A stretch of 64,000 bases of DNA from the human T2T-CHM13v2.0 reference genome, Homo sapiens, in assembly GCF_009914755.1 (NCBI RefSeq), contig NC_060936.1; one strand, 5' to 3'. The position numbers were made by a program, and so were the translations under genes. Under the pieces are notes generated by a model. That model saw only the letters and a list, made by a program, of their open reading frames with translations. It ran no database searches and had not been told where the DNA came from. How positions within the stretch are numbered: the stretch's first letter is position 1; each line of letters starts with the position of its first letter. Below are positions 52,046-64,000 of this stretch, in pieces.

Positions 52046-53179
52046 GTTTGTAATGGCACACATACTCCCTGTATGACCATTGACTCCTGGACCCCCTGCA
52101 GCAGTGCCCCCAACACTAATGAATGCCTTCTCATTCCCTCTTTCAGTTACTCTCTTGAATGGTTCCTAGTAGATACAAAATGATTTTTTCTCTAATGGGA
52201 AAATAGAACACAGGGAGTCACTCAGTTTGCTCCCAACACCCCTATCCACCCACTCACCAGAGCTACCTTGGCAAGTACTCTAGGAGTATGGGAAAATGAA
52301 AACAACAAACTCACACACCTTTTTAACATACATAACCAGTTCTGTCTACCCAGCCATGGCATATTCTTCTTATGTGGAACTTCCACCTATATCTGCCTCC
52401 CCACCAACTGGACAGGCACCTGCACCTTAATCTTCCTAAGTCCCAACATTGACATTGCCCCAGGAAATCAGACCCTATCAGTGTCCCTCAAAGCTCAAGT
52501 CTGTCAGCACAGGGCTATACAACTAATACCCCTACTTATAGGGTTAGGAATGGCCACTGCTACAGGAACCAGAATAGCCAGTTTATCTACTTCATTATCC
52601 TACTACCACACACTCTCAAAGGATTTCCCAGACAGTTTGCAAGAAAAAACAAAATCTATCCTTACTCTACAATCCCAAATAGGCTCTTTGGCAGCAGTGA
52701 CTCTCCAAAATCACCGAGGCCTAGACCTCCTCACTGCTGAGAAAGGAGGACTTTGCACCTTTTTAGGGGAAGAGTGTTGCTTTTACACTAACCAGTCAGA
52801 GATAGTATGAGACGCCACCCGGCATTTACAGGAAAAGGCTTCTGAAATCAGACAATGCCTTTCAAACTCTTATACCAACCTCTGGAGTTGGGCGACATGG
52901 CTTCTCCCCTTTCTAGTTCCCATGACAGCCATCTTGTGATTACTCACTTTTGGGCCCTATATTTTTAACCTTCTTGTCAAATTTATTTCCTCCAGGATCG
53001 AGGCCATCAAGCTACAGATGGTCTTACAAATGGAACCCCAAATGAGCTCAACTCACAACTTCTACTGAGGAACCCTGAACTGACCCACTGGGCCTTTGAC
53101 TGGCCTAGAGAGTTCCCCACTGGAGGACACTACAACAGCAGGGCCCCTTCTTCACACCCATCCAGCAGGAAGTAGCTAG
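52046..53179 (+). pseudogene. env: ERV env pseudogene, distal SU plus TM only
   Basis: CLPTNWTGTC, fusion peptide AIQLIPLLIGLG, ISD LQNHRGLDLLTAEKGGLC, CX6CC (CTFLGEECC), membrane anchor and tail with stops. Confidence 0.93.
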
Positions 53180-53224
53180 AGTGGTCATCGCCCAGTTCCC
53201 AACAGCAGTTGAAGTGCCCTGTTT

Positions 53225-53235
53225 AGAGGGGACAG
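53225..53235 (+). promoter_or_regulatory. polypurine tract
   Basis: agaggggacag immediately before the 3' LTR. Confidence 0.75.
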
Positions 53236-53686
53236 TGAGAGGTGAGGCCAGCTGGACTTCCTGGGTCCAGTGGGGACTTGGGGAACTTTCCTGTCTTACA
53301 AGAAGATTGTAAAACACACCAATCAGCACTCTGTAAAACGCACGAATCAGTGCTCTATAAAACGCACCAATCGGCAGGATTCTAAAAGTAGCCAATCGTG
53401 GGGAGGATTGAAAAAAGGGTATTCTGATAGGACAGAAATGGAACATGGGAGAGGACAATAAGGGAATAAAAGCTGGTCACCCCAGCCAGCAGTGGCAACC
53501 CACTCAGGTCCCCTTCCATGCTGTGGAAGCTTTGTCCTTTCGCTCTTCACAATAAACCTTGCTACCACTCACTCTTTGGGTCTGTGCCATCTTTAACAGC
53601 TGTAACACTCATCATGAAGGTCTGCAGCTTCATTCTTGAAGTCAGCGAGACCACAAACCCACCAGCAGGAACCAACTCCAGACACG
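53236..53686 (+). mobile_element. 3' LTR (LTR12/LTR12F-like)
   Basis: colinear with the 5' LTR, no indels, ~46 substitutions; terminal CA changed to CG. Confidence 0.92.
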
Positions 53687-54900
53687 ATATGACCTATAAA
53701 TCTATTAGTAAAACTTTTCTGCAAACTTGAGAGTAATTTTATGTATAACACACTAAGCCTCAGAAACTTTGAAGATATGTTCTCAGGGTTCCTTGTAACA
53801 GGCAGATCTTGAACAAAAAAAATAGTTATTTCAACTTCAAATCTGGTGCTATTGTCAATATTAGGTAGAGAGGTTAGGACTTGAATTTCCTCAGAACTTG
53901 ACAATTCCTTCAAACATTTGGTGATGTAATTTTCATCCAATCTAGTGGATTAGAAATATGTTTAGAGCACCTCAATAGGATCTTTTAATTTCTGTAAATA
54001 AAGTGTGCTTTCTGAATATATTGTACTACATTAAACCATGGAGTGGAATAAAGAAGATATAAATGCACTGGGCTGGAAATGGGAAAAGAATAATTTTAGG
54101 CATTTTCCTCATTCTGTTTAAACAGACTGAAGATTCTTTTTGGCAGGAGGCCTATGTTTAACCAGTGTTACTGAATATAGAATAATCATGGGTGGGGAGT
54201 ATGTTTTCCTTAATTGAGTATGTTTTCTTGAGATAAATGTGGATCTCAGGCTCCTAACTAGTCAAAGCAAAAGTTTCCAAATTGTCTGAGGTTGTGAAAG
54301 CCTAGGAGGCAAGACTTTGTGCCCATGTGAGACAAAAAACACAGAGCAAGTATGCCTACAAGGAGGTTAAACTAGCATTGACGGATTGGACCACTTTCAT
54401 TCCGTTCACTAACCACATCCTCCCTAGTTCCTCTCACCTAACTCCTGAACATCTCTTACCACCCTCTGTTAGATCATGTCCCAGGGAATAATCTGCAGGA
54501 GGCTGTCCATCCAGTGCTTCCTCCACTACTGATCTCTCTTTGCTATCTGCCTCACCCAAGACCTTGTCACATGCAAGGGGTTTGTGTTTAGGCAGTTTGG
54601 CCAGATAAGAAATGGAGTGACTGGTTGAATCCTCTTTTAGGAGCCTTAAATTGTCCTTACTCTGAAGGGACTAGTCCTTGAACCAAATGGGAATAAGTTG
54701 CCCCTTCTCCTCCCTCTGTCCCTATTGAACAAAGAGAGCAAAGGAGGCCAGGATGCCCACTCTAGCACTATTCTCGTATATTCAGTGAATGACTTCAGTG
54801 CCAGCTCAGCTGCCAGAGATGAAAATGACAGATGTCCTTTAAACATTAGGTTCCAGGGAATCACTTGGCACCTGAGTTGACCTTGACTCCTCACAGATGA

Positions 54901-55345
54901 TGTATTAGTTTCCTAGGGATGCCATAGCAAATTTTATAACCAACGAGGTGGTTAAATGACAGAAATTTATTCTTTCACAGTTCAGGAAGCCAGAAGTCCA
55001 AAATTGAGGTGTCAGCAGGATTAATTTCTTCTTGGAGTCTCAGAGGGAAGATCTGTTCCATGCCTCTCTCCACCCCATCCAAGCTTGCTATCAATCCTTG
55101 GTACTCCTGGCTTGTGAAGCTTAACTTCAATCTCTGCCTCCATTGTCACCGGGCCTTCTTTCTGTGTCTTCTCACCATCTACTTCTTTCTGCGCCTGTCT
55201 CTCTCTGATTCTGTGTGTCACTTCTTATAAATACACCAATTATTGGATTAGAGCCTTCTCTATTCCAATACTGCCTCAATTTAACTAATTACATCTGCAA
55301 AGACCCTATTTTCAAATAAAGTTCTGAGTGGCATGAATTTTGCCA
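54901..55345 (-). mobile_element. MLT1(B/C)-like LTR
   Basis: tgtattagtttcctaggg.tgccata.caaat...cagaaatttattctttcacagttc...ctaattacatctgcaaagaccctatt. Confidence 0.85.
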
Positions 55346-55681
55346 GAAATGATGGCAAACATTTTTTCCTGTATTCACCATTCACAACTTGCCATTGGAC
55401 CACTTGACAATGCAAACTGCCTATCTAGTAATGTCAGGGCAGCTAACAAAGTATCTTTTCCCTACATATGTCAAGGCCCGAAATTTCCAGCCTCACATTT
55501 TTCCTTCTTTGGATCAGGCTTCTTTAGATGTAAAATTGCTCCCTGACTTGGTCACATGTTAAAGTGTTATTCCTTATCAATATCTTAGTTTTCACTAATG
55601 TGATGAAGCTGAAGCACTCAATCATTCAAGTGGCCCAGAAAAAAGAAAATGCTAGTCAATTTGGATAGCCAGTTACTTGGT

Positions 55682-55845
55682 GCCTTGCTACTCAAGGTGC
55701 AGCCAGCCCAGGGGTCATCAGCATCAGAGACTGCTAGAACTGCAGAATCTTCCCAGGGTATATGCAAACTTACTATATCAGGATCTGCATTATATCTCCA
55801 TCCCCCAAGATATCCACATGCCCATTAAAGTTGAAAACTGCTGCT
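55682..55845. mobile_element. MER5A1-like element
   Basis: gctactcaaggtg...cagcatca...tgcagaatct...atctgcatt...aaagttgaaaactgctg. Confidence 0.6.
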
Positions 55846-57168
55846 CTAGTAAAGCCTTTATAAAGTTGGGCTGGGGGAAAGTGTGAAGGGGGCTTTAGCT
55901 GGGATATGCATAGAGCCTAGGTCATTGGATAGGACACCAAGGCCAGTTGAGGTTCTAGAGGGTGAATAAGGGCACCCAGGAAATCTTGAGATGAAACAGA
56001 GAAAGAGAGAGAAATGTGCAACAATAACTACTTGGAAAGGACACAGTCTAGGTGCTTTATTTTGTGCAGATTGTTTCTTTTAATGTTACAACAACCCAAT
56101 GAGTTGGGTGCTATAACCAGCACTATTTTACAGACAAGAATGCTTAGGCAGAGAGGTTTAGTCAATATAAGGGTGGGCATTTCAGCCTGGAGAGTAGGAC
56201 CCCAGAGCCCTGTTTCTTAACCACTATGCTCTCCTGACTACCAGAGAGTACAAGTAGATGCTAAAACATAAGCAAACTAACTACTTTAACACTTAATTTT
56301 AGTTCATATGCCTGTTTGAACTTGTTTTTCAGGTCACATTATTCTGAAGAAGATATGAATAAGCCTGGCATTCATCTGTTTCCTTCATTTGAATCAAGTC
56401 AGTCAGTTGCTCATGGAACTCAACCTCGAGTCTCTCAGATCCCCAGCCCAACCATGGGCTGTGAGACCTGAGTGCCTCTTTCACATCCAACAACATATAA
56501 ATGACAACGACATATGACCAGACCATCCTGAGCCTGGTGTCTCTCCTCATAGGCCTGCCTTTCATGAGCATGCCTGGGGAGAGATGACTAATGCTGTTTC
56601 TCCAGTTTTGTCCTCTTCTGGGTCATGGGAATGATTTATTCTTACTCAGCAAACCAGTAATTGTGTGTTATATGTGAGTGGTAAGATTCTTAAGGAGATG
56701 TGGAATCTGACTGCCTGATGTGATTCTCAAATGGCCCCAACATTTTACACAATTGTTTGTAATTAAATAAAACCCAAATTACATTTGGGATGAGAAATGT
56801 ATTTTTTAACTTCTTTTGTGTTTGGAAGGACAAGCAATTACCATGGCTGTTTCTGATTCATTTACACTTAGCTCCTAAAAATATTGCCCTCAGGAAGGAT
56901 GGCTGTTTGTTTGCCATGTCAAGAACATTTTATTTGGTTTCCTTTTAGAGAAAAAATCCACATGCAGCCAATTTTAAACTGACTAGAGTGTCTCAAAGAT
57001 GTTTGGAAATTTCAAAACTCTGTTTTGCCCCAAACACCTTCACAACCTAAGTGGGGCTCTGGAGAGAGATGCAAAGGAGATGGAATGTGGAGTCTCACGA
57101 AGAGAAGGTGCAGAAATCAGAAAAATACAGTGAAACTCAGAGAAACTCATGATTTCTATTAAAATGTT

Positions 57169-57568
57169 TATATTTGTTCATCTTGTATTGCTATAAATAA
57201 ATGCCTGAGACAGGATAACTTATAAAGAAAAGAGGTTTAACTACCTCATGGTTCCATAGGCTCTACAGGAAGCATGGCTGGGGAGGCCTCAGGAAACTTA
57301 CAATCATGGAAGAAGGTGAAGGGGAAGCAGGCACATCTTCACATGGCAAGAGCAGGAGGAAGAGACGGAGGGCCAGGTGCCACACACTTTTAAACAACCA
57401 GATCTCATGAGAGCTCTATCACATTAACAATACCCAAGAGATGGTGCTAAACCATTCATTAAGTACCACCCCCATGATCCAATCACCTCCCACCAGGCCC
57501 CACCTCCAACACTGAGGATTACAATTAAACAAGAGATTTAGGTGGAGACACAGATCCAAACCATATCA
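57169..57568 (-). mobile_element. MSTA-like solo LTR
   Basis: ataaagaaaagaggtttaa...gaggcctcaggaaacttacaatcatgg...cagatccaaaccatatca; 5-bp TSD ATGTT (57164-57168, 57569-57573). Confidence 0.92.
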
Positions 57569-58344
57569 ATGTTCATATTTTCTGAGGACTGATTTTTAAG
57601 TTGCATCTGAATTATACTTAATTTTAGTGATTATCAGTACTCTTATCATATAATATACATATACAATTATGGACTTTTTTTAACAGACGTTAATCACTGT
57701 GCATTGGTCTTGGCCTACAGAGTACAGGAAAAAAAATAACTGCATTGATACGACATCTTACTAGTTTATTTGATCCTGACTTTGGGGTTGAAATAGGGTA
57801 ACTATTATTATCCTCTTTTACAGGTGGGAAAATTGAGCCTCAGAAAGGATACGTGACTTCCCCTTGATTACACAACAAATATATAGCAAAATCAGAACTG
57901 GAAGCTAGTTGTCCTTAACTCTCAGGAGAGTTTTCTCCCCCATGGCACCCACACATTGGCAGGCAGGTTGGAAAAAGAGGCTGGAGAAACTTGAACATGT
58001 AAGATTTGTCAATGTAAAGTTATCACCTTAAATACTTAGCATTAATTAACTGAACTCATTACTGCAATAATCTATAACGCCTTCATAGAAATCTTGATGA
58101 CTTGCAACAAATAAACCAACTGGGTTCTGTAATCTCTAAAATGTCAGCTGCAGTGTATTTCACAAGACAGTAAGAACTGCAGATAAATAATTGTCTGTGG
58201 CTAGATGACACCCATCAAGTTCAAAGAGGGTAGAGCTTGCAGGAAGGTAATGTTCCCTCCTCTCTAAATCTCAGAACCATGTGGTTGTTTCTCTTATTTC
58301 TTTGTTTCTTTTCTAAGCAGAGAACCTAGAACATCCTGCTATTG

Positions 58345-59230
58345 TGATCAAAGACTACAGCTGGTCAAGTACCTTCATTACAGATTCCCCGCTAACTTAG
58401 CATAAGGTTTTATGTTTATCCGGCTAGGAGTTAGGCTGTGGTTTTACCATTTGCTGTAGCTGTGGTATGAGGGGCTAAAATTTCCTGTGCCCTTGCTTTC
58501 GTCTCCCCTGTTGTGCTTGAATTTTCCTAGAGACTCCTGACATAGGGACTGAGGCTTGCAATTCTTTGAGCTGTAATCCCTTGTTATTTACTTGGAGCAT
58601 CGTTGCTGTGTTGGTACTGTGTCGGGGGAGAGAAAGAATTCTACAGCCCTGTGATTAGATCTGTCTTTCAGTGAGCCTGAGTTGGGTATTTCCCTTTCCC
58701 AGGTCGATGAGGCCCCTGGTAAAACCCCCGTGGGATGGGTTCTTGTAAAGTATTTTCCCTTGAAGGAAATCCTTCTTAAGGAGAACAGAGAGCTCTGGGC
58801 TTATTCCAACACGGCTATTTCTCCGCCCCAACCCCTCAACCCCAAAGGGAAAGAGGAGAGGATTTTTCTTCAGGTTCCATAGTGGAAACCTGATGTTACT
58901 CCTGGAGGTACAACTCAGGAAGGTATGGGGAGGCCCCTGTGATTGGGCCCGCTGGGAGTTTTTAAGTCTCAAACTTGTCCACACACAGCTTACAGCAGTT
59001 TGTTAATTACTGCTCAGTTTCCTGGCTTCTGCTCCTGGTAAACTGAAATTCTCTGTATCCATCCGTCTGACTCCCCTGTTCTCTGGGAGGCAGTTTGGCC
59101 TGTGATCTCAATTTTCCGAAGGTTCTAAGAAGAGTTTCCAGTTTTCAGTTTGTTCAGTCTTTTTTTTCTTTTGTAGATAAGGGTGACAACTTCCAAGCTG
59201 TTCACTTGTCAGATCTGGAAACTAGAAGAG
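58345..59230 (-). mobile_element. old L1M 5' region fragment
   Basis: ggctaggagttaggctgtg...tttgctgtagctgt...ttttcagtttgttcag...acttccaagct...ctggaaactagaag. Confidence 0.6.
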
Positions 59231-59914
59231 CGCTCAGTTTTTGTATACATTTCTTTTTCCCTGGCTTCTCCTGAGCCTGAAATCTTTCCAAATGGTAGTT
59301 GTGGTCCCAAGTCCAAGAAGTGATAAGAAAAACAATGGGAATTAAGATTTTAGATAGAACAAATGGAGTGAACTGCAAGGCAGGGCCCCAACTTTGTAAC
59401 TGCGTCTCTCTTCTCAAGGTGTTCTGAATCCAAACAGGTCCATTGAGGGCAGCCCTGTCCTTCCAAGCCCACTGCTGAATTTGGGTGATGCTAGTAACAC
59501 AGAACAGTCTCTTATGCTCAGGTCAGGCACATTTACACACAGGCCAATTCTTTAGGGCTGACTCTTGGAAACACAATTGAATTGTTCTGTGTTGTAGATA
59601 TTTGGGTACAAAACACATTTGCTCCACATTCTCGAGTGTGACATTCGCAGATCAGTGAGTACCAGTGAAAAGGAAGAAGCATGACACACAGAAGTTTCAG
59701 AAAAAGGATGCTGGGTTTTAGGCAAAGCAGCAGAAAGGGAGCACTACGAAAGGCCCTGAGTTTACCAACAGCCACCTAGGCCTCTACACAAAGAGCCGGG
59801 AGAGAAGAGAAAAAGAGGACAGAGTGGCAGAAAGAAGACATTCTAGTCCTCTTCAGCCTTATTTTGGTATCTAAAGGAAGAAAAATGAGAGGAGTGAACC
59901 TACTTCTTTAAGGA

Positions 59915-60232
59915 AGTTCTTCTCAAACTTTCATTGTGCCTCCAAATCACATGGGAAACCACGTAAAAATGCACATTCAAATTCAGTGGGTTGGGTGCAG
60001 GGCTCAAGATTCTGCATTTCTTTATTTCTTTCTTTCTTTTTAATAGAAATGAGGTCTTACTGTGTTGCCCAGGCTGGTCTGGAACTCCTGAGCTTAAGCA
60101 ATCCTCCCACCTTGGCCTCCCAAAGTGCTGGGATTACAGGCTTGAGCCACTGCACTCAACCAGATTCTGCATTTCTAACAAGCACTCAGGTGATGTTGAC
60201 AGCACTGGTGCTCAGACCACACTTTGAGGAGC
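59915..60232. mobile_element. MER5-family element containing a FLAM
   Basis: ttctcaaacttt...aaatcac...gattctgcatttct | aacaagcactcaggtgatg...accacactttgag. Confidence 0.8.
60022..60161 (-). mobile_element. FLAM (Alu monomer)
   Basis: single arm; perfect 15-bp TSD agattctgcatttct (60007-60021, 60162-60176). Confidence 0.92.
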
Positions 60233-60781
60233 AAGGGTCTAACAGACCTTCCAAAGGGGCATTTCTTAACTCTCGCTCTATGCTCACCTCTGAAATAACA
60301 GCAGCCACAGCCACTCACTTTGTTCCCTAAAAACAGCATGTGTATTCTTAGCCCAAGGTGATCTGCCTTCTGGGACAGCTGTTGGCCTCTTCTCCATGTC
60401 TGTAAGTCCTCGGCTTTCTTTTCTAAGCCCAATCCAAGTCTCTGTCCTTCATGAAAACTCCTCCACGACTTGGGGTCTTTGTAATCAGTGGCTCCTTTGG
60501 ACTTCTGTACCTTTGTTGGGCTTAGCATTTTTACAAGCATCGGTTGCTACTGACCTTTTAAATTTGTCTCCTAACTAGATTTTAAGCCTCTTGAATACAG
60601 GACACACACACACAGAGTACGCCTTGTCACTGTTTCATTCCTCAGGCCAAAAACAGAGCCCTGCTCATTAGAAGATTGTGCAGTGTAGTGAAAACAGCCC
60701 AGGGAGATATGATTTCAATTCTCAGCTCCATCACGCAACAGCTACTGGACCCTACATGGAGTATTGCTCCTTCAGTCTTCA

Positions 60782-60843
60782 TGGTAATGGTGGTGATGGT
60801 GGTGGCGGTGGTGATGGTGATGGTGGTGGTAGTGGTGGTGGTG
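60782..60843. repeat. (GGT)n imperfect trinucleotide repeat
   Basis: ggtggtgatggtggtggcggtggtgatggt... Confidence 0.9.
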
Positions 60844-61594
60844 TGCAGGTAGAATGTTTATACTTCACAGGGTTGTTGAGAGGAATGAAGAAAATAAAGT
60901 TAGCCAAGTGGCAAACCTAGCGCCTGGCACAGAGTCAGAATCAGCCCTCAGCACATTTAAGTCTTCTCTCCTCCAATTTCTTTTGCTTTTCTCCTTAATA
61001 TGGGTTGTGAGGGTACATCCTCATCCTGACAGTCTCTCCTTGAAAAATATTATATCAAGTGTGACAATATTGGAAGATTTTCTTCCATCTCATTTAAAGG
61101 GCCCACAGATATTCAAAAGAAGAGTCCCTACATCATTAAAAAAAAAATACTCAGACTCATAGCTCAGAGTAGCAACACACATATCAATTTCTGATCTGAT
61201 CAGGAAAAAGGGATATTTTAAGTCAGTGTAATCAAACCACATGAAACCAATTTTCCATGTGTTTCCCAGTGTTTGCCCTTTCCATCAAAGTTTTTTCATC
61301 TGTGTGGTAACTATCAATGTACCCAGTTGTCTCGGGTTGGGGTTTATGCCTGAGCAATGGACTGCCTTATGTTCAGTGGTAAGAAACACAAATGCATAGC
61401 CACTTTGGGAAAGTAACCTGCAAAAGCAAATTGCCCTTGCTTGGGCTGGGACTCACCAACAATGTATGGGAACAAAGATTGGTATTAGGAGACCCTTTTT
61501 GGGTAAGCTGTGCCAGACAGACAGGCTTACCAGATTGCAAAGGAGATACCAGATCAATCTCCTGGCAGAGCAGAGAAGGTGAAGTGCATGTGAG

Positions 61595-61800
61595 ATGATG
61601 GAACAAGTCTAGGTTTGGCAATCCAGACATGCGGATTTAAATGCCAGCTCCTCTCTTGTTAGCTGTGTTACCTAAGGCAAATTTCTCAACCTCTTGAACT
61701 TAATCTATAAATATGGAAATAACATTGTCTACCTTATACTATTGTTTGAGAAATTAATGGAACTATACATCTAAGTCATGTAAAGTACCAAAGAATGTAC
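61595..61800 (+). mobile_element. MIR
   Basis: ttagctgtgttacctaaggcaaatttctcaacctct...ataaatatggaaataaca...gagaaattaa. Confidence 0.75.
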
Positions 61801-62000
61801 ATGATTGTAAGAGGAGCCCAGTGAATGTTAGCTCCCTTCTAGCATTTCAGGAAGAGATGGCACTTGGGTGTATTGCTGCGGTGGGAAATTAGAAGGGTCT
61901 TGCTGTCCTCTGTCTAGCAACACCTGAGATTGGGTGCCTGAGAGGGAGGGAGGACTAACAGATCCAGTTTTTGATTTCTTAAAAGGTGGTATCATTGTTA

Positions 62001-62146
62001 TCCCTCTCCCTTCTATTCTCCTCCTTATTTTTCCACTACCTCTTTTTCTTCTCCTCACCTCTCCCCCTCCTTCTTCTTCATGTTCTTGTTTTTCTTCTTC
62101 TTCCTCCTTCTCTTCCTCTTCTTCTTTTTCCCCTTCCTCTTCTTCA
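62001..62146. repeat. polypyrimidine (CTT/CCT)n tract
   Basis: almost purine-free ttcttcttcctcc... run. Confidence 0.88.
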
Positions 62147-64000
62147 AATTTGATTTAAAGGTAGAATTGATTCCTTTCAACTGAAATACATGGCTTATTT
62201 ACAGCTATTAATGATATAATAAACCCAGAAAATAATTAATGATTGCTTGCAAATTGAATTGGATTATACTAAACTGTTGGTTCCTCTGCAATACAGTAGC
62301 TTTACTTGGTCTTTATGAGCAAACTGTCATATGCTAGGCTTTCTTCACAGTTTGAAGATCTCTTTTGGTATAATTTAAATTCAGTTTATGAACTCTGGGC
62401 ACCACCTCCTACAAAGCAAAGGAGAATGTATCCTTGGTTGTTTTTAACTTAAGGCAAGTTCATATGGGAATTACAGAGATGAAATATGACTACCAAAGTC
62501 CTCTCAGTGACAGGGGACATGAAAGCAGCAGTTAACCATACAGGAGAGGCTTGGCAGAAGTTAGGGGAGGAGTTTTCACATTTCCTTATATTAAATTTTG
62601 TGCCAGAACCAACCATTTAGGTGACCTAGAAGTGTGCAACTAAAAATTGATACTTGTTTTTTTGTCATAAAACAATATACCCCACTGCAACAAATTCAAA
62701 CAATATACTCTATTATTATTTCTTTATTTATTTCTTCTGCTGACATAAATTGTTTGGGGGCAAGCTGAGAGAGTTTTCTTCAACAGAATTTTAGTCAAAA
62801 CTACATTACACCTGCTACCAAGCAAAGCACTCTCAGGCTGCAGTTTCCCTAGCTGTCATGGATAGAAACAAGGTTATCACAGTGGAAACTATGCCCTTAT
62901 TCAAGAGTAATTCACTTTATAGCAGCCAAGTCTCTAACTGCAGTCCAAGGATAAAGAAATCAAGAGCAGTGATCAGATGACATCCAAGGCTTGAAGCAGC
63001 TTAAAGATCTTCCAGCAAAGTCAGACTTTCTTGGGTGACTTCTCTCAAAGTCTTGGGGATTAGCTTCCAATGTGTTTCTATGAAAGGGAAATGTTGAGAA
63101 ATAAAATAAAGTGGTGAAAGGTTAGGATTAAAGAGGATTTTGTTCAATGTTGAGCCCCGTGAAAATATCACATGTTCAGATGAATTTGAAAAAGTCCAGT
63201 AGACTCTTAGATAAAAAAGAAGTATGTGTAGATAGAGGTGGCTGGTCAAATGGAAGCATTAATACTGCTGAGATAGATGGTGACTGATTAAATGGAAGCA
63301 GCCACACATCCATTCATTTCTCTGAAAATTAGCAGCTGTTGGCTGATAGACACCTTTCCTTCACATGCTCTTGCTGAAGTGATAAGAAGTGAAAAGAGCT
63401 TGAGGCAGGACTATTTTGAGTTCCAGGCGATCTGTGTTGCTATGAGATCTGAGATTAGTGGTTAGGTTGGTGCCGGATGTCATCCAGCAGCTGATCATGA
63501 AACCTCTAAAAGTTAAGTTCATTTCTCAGAAATCATCTGAGCATGTGGGCTGTTCAAGAAGGTGATTGAATTGCTGTTTCTTGGGATTTCCCCACCCTCA
63601 GTCCAAGTGAACTAAAGGGATTAATGGCCTTGATCCTGTAAGCATTTTTTTTACGCACCATGTTAAAATGTAACATGTTCTGTCCTTTTGTTCGAGGAGC
63701 CACTAATTCAATTGTTGCCCAAAACTTTATGCTGATTACTTTGTAATTATACCAAAATACCATTTTAGCTTCTTATTAACCACTGAGTTAAAAGACATTT
63801 ATAGAAGCATGAGATGTCAAAGTCAGGTGAATTAGTGAAAAGTAGGCACAAAAAGTTATGGGATTCATGTAGCCTGAAATTTACATCTGTGTAAACCTTT
63901 GGCAGTTTGGCAGCTAAGTCTGCAGCCTCTGAGGGTGGTAAATGGCAGGAACTATGCCCATGTGTGAATGGTAATTTGCATTCTATAGTTAGGAGTGCCT

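Larger units (their letters stand above)
46198..53686 (+). mobile_element. endogenous retrovirus, HERV9/LTR12 group (class I, HERV-W-related), internally deleted provirus
   Basis: two 451-bp LTRs, 4-bp TSD ATAT (46194-46197, 53687-53690), PBS, PPT, gag-pro-pol-env remnants. Confidence 0.93.

Noticed and set aside
56333-56470. Open frame after acceptor-like site (SHYSEEDMNKPG...)
   Set aside because: No recognisable homology and weak donor; insufficient to call a CDS.

Overview
Repeat-rich simian-primate (human-like) genomic DNA. It has no recognisable cellular protein-coding exon, RNA gene or CRISPR array; most ORF-track entries are repeat or low-complexity artefacts. The dominant feature is a 7.5-kb LTR12-type (HERV9/HERV-W-related) provirus on the + strand (46198-53686). 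It has two 451-bp LTRs (~46 differences by hand count), an ATAT target-site duplication and a tRNA-Pro-type PBS. Its gag-pro-pol is decayed, and an in-frame deletion fuses integrase to the distal env. The rest is Alu, L1, L2, MIR, MaLR (THE1/MST/MLT), a solo LTR1-like element, hAT DNA-transposon relics and simple repeats. The best second-look items are a compact candidate muscle-type promoter/first exon (~23.4-23.7 kb), a 111-bp templated patch copied into a MIR from 1.9 kb away, an old L1 insertion with apparent 3' transductions, and the provirus oddities. I cannot demonstrate a new biological system from sequence alone. Repeat subfamily names are recalled from consensus sequences, not database hits, and boundaries of old repeats are approximate.
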